Assembly (NCBI GenBank): GCA_028376765.1
Contig: JAONBD010000001.1
Span: 17,715-81,714 of the forward strand
Reading direction: 5' to 3'
From: Candidatus Kapaibacterium sp.
GTDB lineage: Bacteria; Bacteroidota; Ignavibacteria; Kapaibacteriales; UBA2268
DNA length: 64,000 nucleotides
The position numbers were made by a program, and so were the translations under genes. Positions 42,507-53,707 of the stretch are shown in pieces. The notes under the pieces were generated by a model. The model did no database searches and had not been told where the DNA came from. It saw nothing but the letters and a program-made list of their open reading frames with translations. Position 1 is the first letter of the stretch. Every line of letters begins with the position of its first letter.

Positions 42507-43271
42507 TCATCTATCGGTTTCGTTAAGCAGTTTAGTATTTTTTCTGATAGACCTAATTAAAAGATAAATAACAGCTGTTGCTATTGTTGAATACAATTGC
42601 CAATTATACTCTATTGTGAAATCTTGATGTTTAATAGAATCGCCAATTACTTGAAAAATCCAAAAAAGTAGAAATAGAGCAAAAAGACCATTTTTTTCTT
42701 TTTTTAATATTTTTTTCCAACTAAATGAAATAATGTTGCTTTTATATGAAAAGAACTTTGGTAAAAAAGGAGGTGTCTTTTCAGCCCATTTTAAGTAAGT
42801 ATCACCAAATTTCACTCTCAAAAAAGCTTCTTCTGAGTAAACTATTCGTTCATAATATATCCAAAACACTAAGGAAAATAATGCAGTAAACCAAAGATTA
42901 TCAGTAAGTAAGGCAACAGAAACCCACATAAGATAGTTCCCAAGATAGAGAGGGTTTCTTATTAATGAATAAATACCTGTGGTATTTAACTTGTCAGCAA
43001 CTTGACCTTGAGAAGTATTTCTTCCAGAGGTATTTCGGGGGGTGTAACCAACAGTAATTATTCTAACAAATAATCCGAGCAGACCAACTGATAATGAAAA
43101 TAAGACTGGGATATTTTGTGATAATTCATCACCAGCTTGTACTGCCATTACATCTTGATATACTTTTAGACCAATACCAAAAATTATTAATATAAGGGGT
43201 AGGTTGCTTCTATATCGAAATAAGAAGTCGCCCTGCTTTTGAAGTTCTTCACGAAGTGCCATTTTCACCAA
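42507..43271 (-). CDS. Membrane methyltransferase of the ICMT/PEMT family
   Basis: GIYSLIRNPLYLGNYLMW region, followed by an extra C-terminal TM extension. Confidence 0.55.
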   Translation of the reverse strand: MVKMALREELQKQGDFLFRYRSNLPLILIIFGIGLKVYQDVMAVQAGDELSQNIPVLFSLSVGLLGLFVRIITVGYTPRNTSGRNTSQGQVADKLNTTGIYSLIRNPLYLGNYLMWVSVALLTDNLWFTALFSLVFWIYYERIVYSEEAFLRVKFGDTYLKWAEKTPPFLPKFFSYKSNIISFSWKKILKKEKNGLFALFLLFWIFQVIGDSIKHQDFTIEYNWQLYSTIATAVIYLLIRSIRKNTKLLNETDR

Positions 43272-43512
43272 ATTGATTTAATATTATCATAATTTAATGA
43301 AATTTCGGAAAAAAACGAACTTTTGTTGTACTTTAATAAAAACAAAGGTGTTAATGCGATTATTAAATAGAATTCTGATTCATTAAAGTTTTATAATTTA
43401 AACACTTAAAAAAAATATCTAGGGTTGTATTCTTAAATTATCCCTCAATCTAATAATTAAGTTCTAGTGTAGAATTTAAATGTTAGATAAGCTGTAAATT
43501 TCACTATACTTT

Positions 43513-44811
43513 TTAATTTCTTATATTTAATAACTCTTGTTCTAGTTCATTTTTTGCATCAGAATCTATTCCCGTTAAGGTTCCCCTCAATAAATCATTG
43601 TTTTCGTAAGGGTCATCAGTAAGATTATATAATTCATGATTATCTGTCGACTCTACAATTAGTTTGTATTCACCATTACTAATTGTCCAAAAATCATTAG
43701 TACCATCATTCATTTCAGAATATTGATAATTTCTAATATTAGAGTTTTGTGTAAACAGAGATCTAAAGCTTTTACTATCATGGATTTCTGAGGTGCTGAT
43801 TCCAGCAATTTCTGAAATAGTAGAGTATAGATCGGTGCTTGTAATTAGATTGTTATCTGATCCAATGCGAGAAACATTACTCCCACTAACAAATAGCGGA
43901 ACATTAATGCCACCTTGATATAATGAGCCTTTTGACTTTCTATTTGAATAAGGAGATTGTGCCACTTGACCCGGAGACCCATTATCGCCCATAAAAATTA
44001 TAATAGTATTCTGTTTTTGTTCTTCAGGAATACTATCTAATAATCTAGCTATTTGAAAATCAATTGCTTCGATAGCTGCCATATAATAGGGGGTTGGGTC
44101 AACTCCATCAACATAATCTGGAAGAGCACCTTGACTGTGCATGCTGCTAGGTGGATTGTGGAAAGGTGTATGAGGGGCATTGTAAGCTAACCACAAAAAC
44201 CATGGCTTAGATTGATTATTAATCCAATCGATTGATAAATCTGTGAAATGCTCTGTAATATAGCTAGTTTGATTTGTTGTTGTTCCATCTTCCGATTTTT
44301 GCCATTGATAATAATCATTAGCGGCTCCACGAATTAAACCAACATAATAATCAATTCCAAAGCTTTCAGGATTTGCATTTAAATTATTACCTGATAAATG
44401 CCATTTACCAACAATAGCATTAGCATATTTATTGCTAGTTTGATCGCTAATATACTTTTGAAGTGTTACTTCCGATTCGGATAACCTATCGCCTGCAAAC
44501 TTAACTCCAGTTCTATATCCATATTTACCTGTAATTATTGAAGCTCTTGTTGGAGTACAAGTAGGGTAAACCCAAAAATTATTAAAATTTATTCCCGATA
44601 ATCTAATCGAATCTAATGTAGGCGTATTAGGTTTGATACTACCTTCGGAATAACCATTAATTGCATCTTTGCCTAGATCATCAGCAATTATTAGCAATAT
44701 GTTCGGAGAATTAATCGACTGGTTTATATCAATATTATCATCAGAATCGCATCCTGAAAGATTGAATAAGAATAATAAAATTGCGATACAATAACTTGAT
44801 TTTTTTATCAT
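43513..44811 (-). CDS. Sulfatase-family lipoprotein (formylglycine-dependent arylsulfatase type)
   Basis: Lipobox LFNLSGC. Sulfatase signature CTPTRASIITGKY (C-x-P-x-R) and the metal-binding N-terminus ADDLGKD. Confidence 0.8.
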   Translation of the reverse strand: MIKKSSYCIAILLFLFNLSGCDSDDNIDINQSINSPNILLIIADDLGKDAINGYSEGSIKPNTPTLDSIRLSGINFNNFWVYPTCTPTRASIITGKYGYRTGVKFAGDRLSESEVTLQKYISDQTSNKYANAIVGKWHLSGNNLNANPESFGIDYYVGLIRGAANDYYQWQKSEDGTTTNQTSYITEHFTDLSIDWINNQSKPWFLWLAYNAPHTPFHNPPSSMHSQGALPDYVDGVDPTPYYMAAIEAIDFQIARLLDSIPEEQKQNTIIIFMGDNGSPGQVAQSPYSNRKSKGSLYQGGINVPLFVSGSNVSRIGSDNNLITSTDLYSTISEIAGISTSEIHDSKSFRSLFTQNSNIRNYQYSEMNDGTNDFWTISNGEYKLIVESTDNHELYNLTDDPYENNDLLRGTLTGIDSDAKNELEQELLNIRN

Positions 44812-44882
44812 GGCTTATATGGTTTATTTATTCTGAAATTTTACGTCTCAAAAATAATAACTAAAAAACTGAAAAATAAGCA

Positions 44883-44910
44883 AAGCTTGTAAAAATTAAT
44901 TTACAAGCTT
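44883..44910 (-). terminator. Rho-independent terminator for the giant gene (11-bp perfect stem AAGCTTGTAAA/TTTACAAGCTT)
   Basis: A near-perfect 28-bp palindrome, followed on the minus strand by TGCTTATTTTTCAGTTTTTT. Confidence 0.6.
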
Positions 44911-44934
44911 ATTGTTTATTTTAAAAACTCTACT

Positions 44935-47900
44935 TTATTCATGCTCCATGATAATTATTGGGATTCTTGTAATTGAATTATCATTCTGTACTTCAATAAA
45001 ATATAATCCTGATGGGAAATCTAAATTAAGTTTATAAGTTCCTTTAAAATCAATATCATAATTTGCGATAGTTAATCCAGCAGAATTATATAATCTTTTA
45101 ATTTTATTTGTTCTATTAAGCTTACCATTAACCATAACAAAATTTGTTGCTGGTTGCGGGTAAACTTGTATATTATTAGCGCTTAGTTCTTCTTTCTCTA
45201 TTAGACTTGAAATAATATTATCTTCATCAACATCTTCAATTTCAAAATCATTAGTAATTTTAAATGCTCTAAAAATTAAATTATTTGATGGTTCAGAAAA
45301 TATTTCACCATTGATTGGGTCGAAAGTATTTCCTTGATTCATAATTTCGTTTGATAATAGGAAGAAAGTATTATTATTTATAATATCTAGGTCATAATGC
45401 CAAGTCTTTGTTGGTTCTTCACTAAAATACTCATTAGAGTTTAAGTGGGTTAGTTCAATTGGATCGTTAATATCTACACTTAGTATATCATTTTCACCTA
45501 AATGTGAATCATCTAAAATGTTGGTTTTATGTTCTTCGAACATCACAACAGCTAATGAATCTGAAACTGTAACCCTAATATCTCTTGGGTAGGAATCTTC
45601 CAATTTATGTACTAAAGAGTTAGATTCCCATATTCTTTGAGATTCGTTCCAATGATAAACTAAAATTTGATCGGCATCTTTATCGTTCATGTCATGTACT
45701 GAAACTGCAAGCAAACCCTTTCCATTAAAAATATCAGAGTCAACATCATTTATCATAAAGCTTTCATCTGATTCAAGAAAAATGTTAGGCGAAGACCATG
45801 CACTACCATCCCAGTAAGATGATAGTAATTGTTGTGAATTGCCAAAATCACTTGATGATTTCCAAGTTACTAAGCATTGATCATCGCTTGTCCTTAAAAG
45901 ATTTAAATCAGTTTCAGTCCCTTCAGTTTCATAAATAATTTCTGGATTGGAATGAGTGAAATTTGTTCCATCAAAATCAATAGTAGCATAATAAACGTCT
46001 GATGTCCCAGTTTCAGAATTGGCAACAAACCAAGAAAGCATTGCTTGGTTATCCGATAAAGCAGCAACATAAGGCCTTCCTTCAACTCTTCCTTTATCAA
46101 AAGTTTCAAAATCATCTTCGATAGGGGATATATGTAATAGCTCCTTAGTTCCAAGATCATATACTGCAAACCAAATATCAGTTGTATTAAATAGATATTC
46201 TAAGCTTACATTATCTGGAACATTTGTAGTATTGTGTCTATTTTGCATCCAAGTAACATATACTTTATTGTTATTTATACTTACCTTTGGATTGCTCATA
46301 CCAGAAGAATTTTCTGAAATAACAGTTGAGTTCAAAAATTTATTGGATTCTTTTTCAAAATACGAAATCATTAGCTTGGCAGATTTAGTTTTGATATCTT
46401 GTTCTAGCCAGCAAGCAACTAAATTATCATTATCAGAATCTAATTCTGGTTGTGGCGAGGTAGGGCTATCATAACTAAAGCTAGCTTGCCCGCTTTGCTC
46501 ACCCTCTTGTAATTTGTAACCCTTTGGTTTTGCACCTAAACCGCTTGGCCATCCAACTGGTGTTGGAATAATTGTTGGTATTTGATTATCAGTTAAATGA
46601 AATGTGTGTATCAGTTCAGGACCAAAAATAGTTTTTTTAACAAGTCCCCAACAAAAAGAAGCTGTTGCTTTTGCAAATATCTGATTGCTAACCGAAGAAT
46701 ACTTTCTGTAAGATGGGTAAGGTAAATCATGATTCATTGAAATATTTCCAAATAAAAACCTTATTGTTACAGATACATGAGCGTCTGCCAAACCAGAAAG
46801 TAAATTTGCATCAATTCCTATCGCAAGTCCTAATCCAAGTTGAGAGTAAGCAAAAGATGCAATATCTGTATTGTTTTCATCTGGATTTTCTTGATTGAAA
46901 CTTCCAGCATCTAGTTTGCCAATATTCCCCCAAGAATTAGCATCTGATCTTACATTCAGAAACTGACCCTTAGATAAAGCATAAGCTAAATTTATATCAA
47001 TATTAATCTGAAATAAATCGGCTATTTGTAATCTTCTTTCTTCTTTTAATATTTCTCTAACCTTATTTAAGGTGCCTATTATACCCGGACCTAAAAGATT
47101 ACCCTGAACAGAATATGAATTGAAGTGACTAAAATTAATATTATTTTTATTATCAAGTAAATTTGAATAATTATCAATAGTAAAAACTTTTTCAGATACA
47201 TTCACACCAAAAACATTATCCTGATAGCTAATTGTGGGCTTGTCAAGAATAGATAGTTTTCTAGTCTTAGTGTCATAATTAAGTTTGATTTTTAGCTTAG
47301 AAAATGGCAACGAAATACCTTTACCTCCAAGGACTGGAAGAGCACTAGGGAGGTCGTAAGACCTAATTGCATCAGAATTTAAATAGTAGCTAGCTGGAAT
47401 TGGTTTTACCGCAAATGGGTCAAATATTTTACTATCAGTTGCTGCAATATAGCTAGTAACTTCAGGCTTATCCAAAAAACCTTCTAATTCAAAACTTATA
47501 TTTTCATCATTTATAGTTATGTTGCTATAGCTCATATTAGAATTAAACCAATCAGGTCTTGTTCTGTTTACATTTATTGGGTAGGAAATAGATGTATCAG
47601 GAATCGGATTGTCATCAAAATATGATTCTAAAATTAAATAGGAATGTGGAGATTTTAATTTTGACACATCATATGTAAAAAATGATTGTTTTGTATTTGT
47701 ACTATTTATAGGAATAGTAATTGTATCACCTAGAGCCTGGTTAGCTATATTAACTGCCCTAACAACGAATTTCGAAACAGCATCTTCTTGATTCCCAATC
47801 GAAAACTTTCTTACATCACTCATTGTATTTGGTGCAATTGCTTCAAAAATATTACTAAAATCACCATTCAATTTAGGAGGTATTCCAGGGCGAGCTAAAA

Positions 47901-50900
47901 GTGGAAAGTAGAATGAATAAGGCTGGTTTAAATAAGTAAATTGACATTCAACCCAAGAACCTGCTTTAGCAGAAGCAGTTTTAAAAGGAATTTGTACTTT
48001 GCTGCCAGGTGTGAAACTAGGACTAATTGTTTCCAAAATTTGCTTGTTTGGCTCATTTGGATTCCTATCGTAAATTGTTAGTTTAGTGTTTTCAGCTCCA
48101 TTGAATTGCTCGGAGAAGAATTCTAGCTCAATTTGATCTTCATTTCCTTCAGTGAAGAAACCAAAACCTCCATTTGATTTCATAAACAATGGAATATCAG
48201 TTCCATTGGATTCTACATTTAATATCCAGTTAAATAAAGTGGGTTCAGTTTTATCTGTTTCATAAATGTTGAGACTCATTTCATAATTTCCTTCTGATAA
48301 CCTGCCCATATTTAGGGGTAAAACTAAAGAAGACAAAAAGTTATTCTGATTAAACAAAAAGTTACTTTTAGAGATAAAGCCACTACCATAAAAAATACCA
48401 AAATCACTTAATTCACTTGATAATGATTTATTGTAAAGATTTAAATATAGAAATCCATTTAAGTCTTGCTCATAGTAGTTATCTTCAGAAAATTCTAAAT
48501 ATGATAGTACAGATTCAGAATTAATAATAAAGTCGGAATCATGCATAGTTTTAATAATATCATTATAGTCTAATGCCTTTGACCAGAAACTGAAAGCTGA
48601 AATCTCTCCATCAATTGATAGGCTATTATCAAGGGTTTCATTATAGCCAATATTAATGTTGTATTCTTGAACTTCGCTTAAGTTAATACTTTCATTATCT
48701 AGGGCAAGAGTTTTTACTAATGTACCATTGATAAAGATATTCATAGTTCTTCCACCTTCAACAGTACAAGTAAAATGAGTCCATACATTGTTATTAAATG
48801 ACTGAATGGTTTGGATTGATTCATTATTGACTTGAAAAACAATATTTCCAGCTGAATTTAAATTTACCTGAGCAAATTTAGAATAGTCTTGCTCTTCTTC
48901 GGGGCCATCAATCTGCTGATTAAAGCTAACAAAAGATTGATTTAAATCAGATTTAGTTTTGAACCACCCAGTAAATGAAAAATTACCAAATCCCAAAAAG
49001 TTTGCGGTTTCTGAACCAGATCTTGAATAAATAGAGACACTATCGCCATACAGCTCTAAAGACCTGTTTGTTAGCTCATTAGCTGACGTAAAACTTCTTT
49101 GGGTCAAATCTGAAATATCGTATAAATAAGTAGGATCTAAAAACCATTTACATTGCCCACCATAAGTAAGGTCTAAATTTTCAATGTAATCTAAGCCAGT
49201 TCCTTTAAAATCCCAATAGTGGTTTAGATAAAATGGATTATTATAAATGTTTTCAGATAAATTAAAACTAAATAAATTATTAATTTCTGATTCTCCAAGT
49301 GGAGTTTTTGATACAGCAACTTCACCCAAATTACCTATAAAACTTCTATCGACTGAAATAGGATTAGCTTGGAATTGCCCAGAATTTCCGAAAATCCAAT
49401 ATCCAACAAAATCCTCTGTAACATTTTGGGATGAGCTTCCATTATCGCTTACTAATTCAGCTTCTTTATTTCCATCAACATACAATTGATATTTGGTAGA
49501 TTGAGCTTCACCACCAGTAAAATTGCTTTCGTAAGAAACAACAACATGGTGCCATTCATTATCGTTAAATGTATTTTCTGAACTTATAATAAAAGGATTT
49601 CCGCCATCTTTATTGATATTATAAAAGTTAAGTTTTCCATCTTTTAAATAAATGAATTTGCTTACTTGATCAGGAGAATTTATATCATTGGTAGTTTGGT
49701 AAGAAACTATTGATCCATCTTTCTTTGATGTCTTAAATTTTGCACTAATTGAATAACCAGATATCTCATCATTTTCCGTAAAGTTAATTTTATCAGTATT
49801 TTTAGTGATTGCAAACTGTTGGTCAGCATCTGAAAATTGTAAAATATATCTTTTATAATTTTCAAGGTTAAAGTCAATATCTACTTTATTTGTATTTTCC
49901 GGCATTCCTTCAAATTTAAATATTTCATAAATATTCTGTCCATTTGTATAGCTTATTGTATCTGGAATATTTACTTCATACTTAGCATCAAAAGGTAATA
50001 AGCTTTCTAGTAATGGATATGGTGTTTTCAGCTCTACCGTTATGAGTGTATCAGATAGAAAAACTCCATTTGGGTCAAGAGCTTGGGCGTGAATAAATCT
50101 TGTAAAAGGGTTTATATTTGCAAAGTCAATAATTGTTTCAGCTATAGGGTAACCCCGATCGCTATTTACTTGCAAGATTGTATCTTTTACAATTCTATTA
50201 TTATAGGTAAGTATTTTTAATTCAACAGTTTCACAATTGGAAAATGATGGTTCAATACTAATGGTTACGGGAGTTATTTTCTTCTGATTTGTATCAATTG
50301 GGTTATTTGGTCGCCTATCAAAATTTATGGGATTTAGAGAAATTCTTGGCGAATTAGGTATAACTTCTATTTGATGAAATACCTCAAGTCCATCTGTTGG
50401 ACCACCATCTGCCATTACAATAGCTTCCATTATTGATGTGCCAGTTGGAATAGTATCCATTTGAATTGAAAAAACAGCGTCAGTAATTTCGCTTTGATGA
50501 TATTGAGGAAGAATTGTATCGTTATAAACAGTTCCATCATTTGATGCTAGTGAAATGAATACTTTCCTTGTTCTTGGTGGTAAATCGAAAACTCTGAATC
50601 TATGAGCAAAACGATCTTCAAATTCGGGCCATTGGTCTGATGGGTTATCTACTCTTTCAAAATTATTTGAAAAAAACTCCCAAGTATTCCTTTCAGATCC
50701 AATATACATTTCAGGAGGTTGAATATTTAATGATAATAATTCTTCTTCACCATTTATCAAACCATTTTCTTGGAAGACGGTAATTTTAAGTTGAGAGCCC
50801 AAAACTAATGGTAGGTTCTCTAAATCTAGTACCCACTCAGCATTTGTTAATTCGGTTCCAGTTAATGTTTTTATTGTTTCTTGAGAATTATCAAGTCTGT

Positions 50901-52545
50901 TGCCATGATAATCAACAAGTTCTAAAACTAACTTATTAGTATTATTTGAAATAGAATCAATAGTAATTGTATCTTTTATATTTTTTGTGCCTATCCGGTA
51001 CGGTTGGAAATTTCTCGCCGATGTAACATGAATTTTTAAAGGGTAGATGCTTATAGCTTTCTCGATTTCAAATCCTATTCCAGGATTCTCAGAAGTATTT
51101 GCATTAACAATAATCGATGATTTTAAGCTCAAATCACTAATATTATGGCTATAAGTTTCATCTGAACTTGTATTATCAAAGTATACTGAATCAATTGTTT
51201 CTTGATTAATATAATCATAAGTTTTTATGTTTACATTATCAAAATAATTTGCGTCAGATACAGTATAGTTATTAGTTTTTGTATAAGTAGCCTTAAAAGG
51301 ACCAAAACCATTATCCGAACTTAAAGTGAAATTGTTGTAAAGATCGCCAAGTAATATTTTTTGCTTATGCCTAGCTAATGGAATTGCTGCCTGCAAGGAA
51401 CCATCGTTAGTATTATAATTAGTTATTATTACTTTCTCAATTTCATCATTATCATCTAAAAGGAAAATGGCAAATTTTCTTGGGTTTATAGTATTATTAT
51501 CATCGGTAAAAGTATCTTCAATATCATTTAAGGTTAATGTTATATCAATTGATTGAATATTCTCGGACCAAATAGTCATTGTGTCAATACTTAAATGGTA
51601 TATATTCCCATCATCTACTTTGGTATATCCCCTTGGAGCGTCGGTGGGATTAGTGATCAAAGCAAATGAACTTTTGCTAAAGGCTTGGTCAAGACTAAAA
51701 TATCTAAATCGTTTTTTACTTTTAGGATTACCGTAGGTAAGTAGTTCTAAATAACCATAGTATCTATCTAATTCATTTACTTCAAAACAATCTGAATCAA
51801 TTATTTCGGAATATACTGACTCATAATTAGTAGCTTGACCTTCAAATGTCTCCTTAATTAACCTTGTTCCATAAGGGTCGGGTGGACTGGTAAAAAACAA
51901 ATCATTATCGAACATCGAATACGTTAGATTATTTAAATATAAAACATCTGATTCACTGTAGGTTCCGTGTAAACTAATTGGATATATATTAACTTGATCG
52001 ATTTGCCCTTTGAAACCATGATGATTGCTAGTTCTAATTCCATCAACAATATTTCCCTTTGGCAAATTTCCAAAAATTAGTTTTTGAGGTCTGTTATAAG
52101 AAAACTCAATTATTGTACTTTGTGGATTTGATAAGTTACCAGAAACAAATAGTTTACGAAAATCTTGTGAAATGGATAGATGGTTCCATACTCCAAACTT
52201 TATATTAGATTGTAAAGTTATACTTTTACGCCCTAAATTTTCAATAAAATCGTTCAAAAAATGGAATGTAATGTCACCATTTGGTTCTAATTCAACTCTC
52301 CAAAAATCATCCATTTCAGTTCTGTTAAGTTCATCTAGTGCCCCATTAGTAGGATTTGCACCTACTATATTGCCTGGTTTAAGGGGCTTAAACCAAAAGC
52401 TAATTGTCCAATCTTGCCTATCTAAAAGATCAGTGTCATTAAAAATGACGCTAGAGCTATCAGTTTCTAAGTAAACTGCTGGATTTGCCTGTCCCAATAG
52501 AATTGATCCATTTATTAAAAGCAAAATTGTAATAATTAGTTTCAT
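44935..52545 (-). CDS. Giant (2536 aa) secreted multi-LamG/concanavalin-A-like-domain protein with T9SS C-terminal sorting domain
   Basis: Signal peptide MKLIITILLLINGSILLGQA. There are at least three LamG-like segments (DWTISFWFKP..., WHHVVVSYES...YQLYVDGN..., VWTHFTCTVEGG...IFINGT). The C-terminus IQVYPQPATNFVMVNG...GLYFIEVQ is a T9SS CTD. Confidence 0.8.
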   Translation of the reverse strand: MKLIITILLLINGSILLGQANPAVYLETDSSSVIFNDTDLLDRQDWTISFWFKPLKPGNIVGANPTNGALDELNRTEMDDFWRVELEPNGDITFHFLNDFIENLGRKSITLQSNIKFGVWNHLSISQDFRKLFVSGNLSNPQSTIIEFSYNRPQKLIFGNLPKGNIVDGIRTSNHHGFKGQIDQVNIYPISLHGTYSESDVLYLNNLTYSMFDNDLFFTSPPDPYGTRLIKETFEGQATNYESVYSEIIDSDCFEVNELDRYYGYLELLTYGNPKSKKRFRYFSLDQAFSKSSFALITNPTDAPRGYTKVDDGNIYHLSIDTMTIWSENIQSIDITLTLNDIEDTFTDDNNTINPRKFAIFLLDDNDEIEKVIITNYNTNDGSLQAAIPLARHKQKILLGDLYNNFTLSSDNGFGPFKATYTKTNNYTVSDANYFDNVNIKTYDYINQETIDSVYFDNTSSDETYSHNISDLSLKSSIIVNANTSENPGIGFEIEKAISIYPLKIHVTSARNFQPYRIGTKNIKDTITIDSISNNTNKLVLELVDYHGNRLDNSQETIKTLTGTELTNAEWVLDLENLPLVLGSQLKITVFQENGLINGEEELLSLNIQPPEMYIGSERNTWEFFSNNFERVDNPSDQWPEFEDRFAHRFRVFDLPPRTRKVFISLASNDGTVYNDTILPQYHQSEITDAVFSIQMDTIPTGTSIMEAIVMADGGPTDGLEVFHQIEVIPNSPRISLNPINFDRRPNNPIDTNQKKITPVTISIEPSFSNCETVELKILTYNNRIVKDTILQVNSDRGYPIAETIIDFANINPFTRFIHAQALDPNGVFLSDTLITVELKTPYPLLESLLPFDAKYEVNIPDTISYTNGQNIYEIFKFEGMPENTNKVDIDFNLENYKRYILQFSDADQQFAITKNTDKINFTENDEISGYSISAKFKTSKKDGSIVSYQTTNDINSPDQVSKFIYLKDGKLNFYNINKDGGNPFIISSENTFNDNEWHHVVVSYESNFTGGEAQSTKYQLYVDGNKEAELVSDNGSSSQNVTEDFVGYWIFGNSGQFQANPISVDRSFIGNLGEVAVSKTPLGESEINNLFSFNLSENIYNNPFYLNHYWDFKGTGLDYIENLDLTYGGQCKWFLDPTYLYDISDLTQRSFTSANELTNRSLELYGDSVSIYSRSGSETANFLGFGNFSFTGWFKTKSDLNQSFVSFNQQIDGPEEEQDYSKFAQVNLNSAGNIVFQVNNESIQTIQSFNNNVWTHFTCTVEGGRTMNIFINGTLVKTLALDNESINLSEVQEYNINIGYNETLDNSLSIDGEISAFSFWSKALDYNDIIKTMHDSDFIINSESVLSYLEFSEDNYYEQDLNGFLYLNLYNKSLSSELSDFGIFYGSGFISKSNFLFNQNNFLSSLVLPLNMGRLSEGNYEMSLNIYETDKTEPTLFNWILNVESNGTDIPLFMKSNGGFGFFTEGNEDQIELEFFSEQFNGAENTKLTIYDRNPNEPNKQILETISPSFTPGSKVQIPFKTASAKAGSWVECQFTYLNQPYSFYFPLLARPGIPPKLNGDFSNIFEAIAPNTMSDVRKFSIGNQEDAVSKFVVRAVNIANQALGDTITIPINSTNTKQSFFTYDVSKLKSPHSYLILESYFDDNPIPDTSISYPINVNRTRPDWFNSNMSYSNITINDENISFELEGFLDKPEVTSYIAATDSKIFDPFAVKPIPASYYLNSDAIRSYDLPSALPVLGGKGISLPFSKLKIKLNYDTKTRKLSILDKPTISYQDNVFGVNVSEKVFTIDNYSNLLDNKNNINFSHFNSYSVQGNLLGPGIIGTLNKVREILKEERRLQIADLFQINIDINLAYALSKGQFLNVRSDANSWGNIGKLDAGSFNQENPDENNTDIASFAYSQLGLGLAIGIDANLLSGLADAHVSVTIRFLFGNISMNHDLPYPSYRKYSSVSNQIFAKATASFCWGLVKKTIFGPELIHTFHLTDNQIPTIIPTPVGWPSGLGAKPKGYKLQEGEQSGQASFSYDSPTSPQPELDSDNDNLVACWLEQDIKTKSAKLMISYFEKESNKFLNSTVISENSSGMSNPKVSINNNKVYVTWMQNRHNTTNVPDNVSLEYLFNTTDIWFAVYDLGTKELLHISPIEDDFETFDKGRVEGRPYVAALSDNQAMLSWFVANSETGTSDVYYATIDFDGTNFTHSNPEIIYETEGTETDLNLLRTSDDQCLVTWKSSSDFGNSQQLLSSYWDGSAWSSPNIFLESDESFMINDVDSDIFNGKGLLAVSVHDMNDKDADQILVYHWNESQRIWESNSLVHKLEDSYPRDIRVTVSDSLAVVMFEEHKTNILDDSHLGENDILSVDINDPIELTHLNSNEYFSEEPTKTWHYDLDIINNNTFFLLSNEIMNQGNTFDPINGEIFSEPSNNLIFRAFKITNDFEIEDVDEDNIISSLIEKEELSANNIQVYPQPATNFVMVNGKLNRTNKIKRLYNSAGLTIANYDIDFKGTYKLNLDFPSGLYFIEVQNDNSITRIPIIIMEHE

Positions 52546-52749
52546 TTATTTTCCTTCTTAGTTGATATTTTTAAATTTAAAATATGAATAATATTATTGA
52601 ATTACAAATGAAATAAATGCCATTTGATTTTTTATCCAAAAGCTATAAAACTAATATGAAAAAGGAATGAGATTAACCTAGAATGAGAGCTTCAAAATAT
52701 TTAAAAATTTGGAATCAAAATATAAAATTAATAAGATGAGTATTGAAAA

Positions 52750-53406
52750 TCAGCCTAATTTCCAACCATTGTCAGAAATTGTTTTCCTAATTGCCGAAAT
52801 TAAATAATAACGCCTTTCATCATTGAGCGTAGAACCAAATGAAATTCTTTTTGCTCCTTCAAAAAATATGCTAGTTCCTCTTTTTGAGTTTCTGAAGTGT
52901 GAAGATTTTTCACTTATTTTTGAAATATCAGCCCAATCAAATCTCTTCTTTAAACCAACCTTACCAATTCCTTTGAAAATCTTACCACCCTGACTATTTA
53001 ATGTGATTTCTACTTTTCCCCAAATAGACATGAGAGCTAGACTCCAAAAAATAATAGAACCAATCAAAAATGGTATTCCAAAAAGTGATAGTAGTAAATC
53101 AAATTTTGCATTATATATTTGAGAGCCATAAATACCGCCAATAGAAGCTCCAGACCAAATTAACATAAATGGAACTAAGAAAAATGCAATAGCTGAGCGG
53201 GTTGATGCTCCAATTGTAGTATTGTTATAATCAGAAATTATCCAAGTTCCATTTGGAGAATCTTGAATATTAAAATTATAATCGAAAGTACTATTAAGGC
53301 TTTCAGATATTACAAATACATTATTACACGCAGAACACCTAGCAATATCCGATTGAATATTGATATATTCAGATTTTATTCCTGAATTACATTTTGGACA
53401 TTTCAT
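52750..53406 (-). CDS. Hypothetical membrane protein with N-terminal CxxC...CxxC zinc-ribbon
   Basis: MKCPKCNSG...CSACNNVF, followed by three hydrophobic helices. Confidence 0.5.
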   Translation of the reverse strand: MKCPKCNSGIKSEYINIQSDIARCSACNNVFVISESLNSTFDYNFNIQDSPNGTWIISDYNNTTIGASTRSAIAFFLVPFMLIWSGASIGGIYGSQIYNAKFDLLLSLFGIPFLIGSIIFWSLALMSIWGKVEITLNSQGGKIFKGIGKVGLKKRFDWADISKISEKSSHFRNSKRGTSIFFEGAKRISFGSTLNDERRYYLISAIRKTISDNGWKLG

Positions 53407-53494
53407 TGATATTTTTTAATTCCATTTATTGATAATGATTTAATAAAAAATATTGAGAAAATCTTGATTATCATTTTTATCTCAATTTATAAGT

Positions 53495-53707
53495 AATCTG
53501 GTAACACTTGGTAACACTTTTTCGCTTTTAAAAGTGTTACCACTTCCCTTTTTTAACTGGCTCGTCATTCAGAAGGAGGACGACAGTCCGACTAAAGAAT
53601 CCAGTATGGGCAGGTTTTCACTGGATTCTTCGCTTCGCTCTGAATGACGTGGAACAGCTAGTTTTTACTGGATTCTTCCTTCCGCTTCGCTCAAGTCTGA
53701 ATGACGG
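53495..53707. repeat. Inverted copy of the 5597-5920 composite repeat. It has an inverted double decamer at 53498-53517, a direct GTGTTACCAC at 53534-53543 and a palindromic hairpin element at 53563-53649 plus a partial duplicate to 53706.
   Basis: 53497-53707 aligns with the reverse complement of 5700-5876. Confidence 0.75.

Noticed and set aside
45903-52474. Short ORFs on both strands inside the giant T9SS gene
   Set aside because: Shadow ORFs within a continuous 7.6-kb reading frame.
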